A stretch of DNA of 64,000 nt from Podarcis erhardii (Eukaryota): NCBI GenBank assembly GCA_964252035.1, contig OZ176202.1; one strand, given 5' to 3'. The notes beneath the pieces were generated by a model that made no database searches, was not told the DNA's origin, and saw nothing but the letters and a program-made list of their open reading frames with translations. Below are positions 62,196 to 64,000 of the stretch, in pieces (position 1 is the stretch's first letter; each line of letters starts with the position of its first letter). A program made the position numbers and the translations under genes.

Positions 62196-62412
62196 AAGGT
62201 AAAGGTAAAGGGACCCCTGACCATTAGGTCCATTCGTGATTGACTCTGAGGTTGCGGCGCTCATCTCACTTTATTGGCTGAGGGAGCCGGCGTACAGCTT
62301 CCAGGTCATGACTAAGACGCTTCTGGTGAACCAGAGCAGCACGCGGAAACGCCGTTTACATTCCCGCCGGAGCGGTACCTATTTATCTACTTGCACTTTG
62401 ATGTGCTTTCGA
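62196..62412 (-). mobile_element. 5'-truncated Sauria SINE
   Basis: 14-bp TSD ACTGCAACACCATA (62182-62195, 62413-62426). Antisense (ACCTTT)n tail. Body matches the 3' part of 34125-34494. Confidence 0.93.
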
Positions 62413-62572
62413 ACTGCAACACCATAGAGCTTTCCAAATCAATTGTTTTATTATGTGCCACTGTGCCATTCTTTGTTGTGGTGGTGGTTGCTTGTTTCTT
62501 TTCACTATTGCTTACTATCTTTTTTTAGGGATTGGCTTTTGCTATTTGTTATTTTAGCCACTTGGATTTCTT

Positions 62573-62829
62573 GAGAGCCAGTGTGGTGTAGTGGTTAAGA
62601 GTGGTAGTCACGTAATCTGGGGAACCGGGTTCGCGTCTCCACTCCTCCACATGCAGCTGCTGGGTGACCTTGGGCTAGTCACACTTCTCTGAAGTCTCTC
62701 AGCCCCACTCACCTCACAGAGTGTTTGTTGTGGGGGAGGAAGGGAAAGGAGAATGTTAGCTGCTTTGAGACTCTTTAAAGGGAGTGAAAGGCGGGATATC
62801 AAATCCAAACTCTTCTTCTTCTTCTTCTT
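62573..62829 (+). mobile_element. Full-length Squam3-type tRNA-derived SINE (lacertid form)
   Basis: GAGAGCCAGTGTGGTGTAGTGGTTAAGAG (A box), GGTTCGCGTC (B box ~62628), CORE-like middle and (CTT)n tail. Confidence 0.9.
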
Positions 62830-64000
62830 TCTGAAGATAAAGTAGGATTTTAAAAAATTGAATAAATCTTTACGACCACATTTCCATACACATTCCTATC
62901 ATTTTGTAAATACTTATGTGTTAAGGAGAAATGATTCAGATGTTTCTCCCCACACTCCCCCCCTTTTTTTGCAAGAAGACTTTTTGTTTTCTTGAGTGAT
63001 TTTGAAACTTCAAAAACATATAGTCTGTCTAGTGGTAAATCTGGCCTTGGCACAAAAAAGCCCACTTCTGCATAACTATAGAGGTCCCAGTGACACCAAG
63101 AGAAAGAAGTGGTCTCTGAAAATACTCAGCACCCATCATACATACAAACCAGGCCCTTCTATCTGCACAAAAGAAGGGAATATCCTCACACATAGGAAAG
63201 TCCTGAGGTTTGCAGAAGTACAGAGAAATCTTTGGGTGGGAGGAGAACCTTCACTTTCCAGCATTGTGTTATATGCTCCACTTGTATCCAAAAGCTATAA
63301 TAAACCTGTGTGCAGTGCAATGAAAAGCAAGAAGCTTGAAAGATGTGAGTAAATTAAAGGCTTTTTAAAAGGATCTTCTTTCCTCGGGACTCTAGCTATT
63401 AAGCACAGGGAGTGTGGAGGCCACCCAAAACTGAAAGCTGCGTATCCAGAAACATCAAAGTCCCGTACAAAACTCTATAAAAGTTTCAGTTTTGAATTCA
63501 AAGGCCACTCTTTTGGATTTCAAAAAGTCTATACCCAGAAATCCCGTTAAAGTTAATAGGGCTTGTGATGGGGACCCTTCATATGTGAACCTCTAACCTG
63601 GCAACCAGCCACCCAGAAAGTTTCCTGTGGCTTCCCGTTGAACCATGGCTGCTCAGGAGCACTGGCAGAGGATACATTTCTGATGGAATACTGCCACTGG
63701 ATGGACTCTGTTTCCTGTCATACTTCCTTTGGCCCTCTGGATGCTGCTGAACTGCAACTTCCCTTGTCCCTGGCCATTGGCCATGCTTGCTGGGGCTGCA
63801 ATGTGGGTTTTCCCAGAAAACAATTGAATTCAAAATATTCTGATGCCCAAAATCAACTGACATCTCTTTCAGGATGTCTATATGAGTTATATTTAGTAAA
63901 CAAAATTTAAAAGAAGTATGGCATGCTAATTTTATATGCCATGTAAATATCTCAAAGGTTTTTTAATAGGAAAAAATAGTAAAATTGAAATATTACATTA

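Noticed and set aside
62996-63352. 118-aa ORF ending at a GAT|GTGAGT donor (63345)
   Set aside because: No convincing acceptor and no recognisable protein; kept only as a possible non-coding donor.

Overview
Vertebrate genomic DNA, almost certainly from a squamate reptile and probably a lacertid lizard. The basis is its repeat content: Sauria/Squam1 SINEs, Squam3-type SINEs, squamate Bov-B, and lizard-type L1, L2 and CR1. I recognise no protein-coding exon, tRNA or rRNA gene, or CRISPR array. The long ORFs in the track are transposon remnants, microsatellite read-through, gap artefacts or chance. The window reads as a giant intron or gene desert: dense nested transposons (many with exact TIR and TSD boundaries readable by eye) alternate with repeat-free, motif-rich blocks that look like conserved enhancers. 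There is one 224-N assembly gap. Best leads: (1) a minus-strand recursive-splice-site/RS-exon architecture at 61680-61806; (2) a degenerate Penelope-type minimal hammerhead ribozyme at 32297-32334; (3) two inverted solo LTRs whose first ~310 bp is an acidic/SPR-basic reading frame; (4) a perfect 22-bp palindrome plus several templated-duplication scars; (5) a CpG-rich hAT MITE carrying promoter motifs. All family names come from my recall of consensus sequences, not from database searches.
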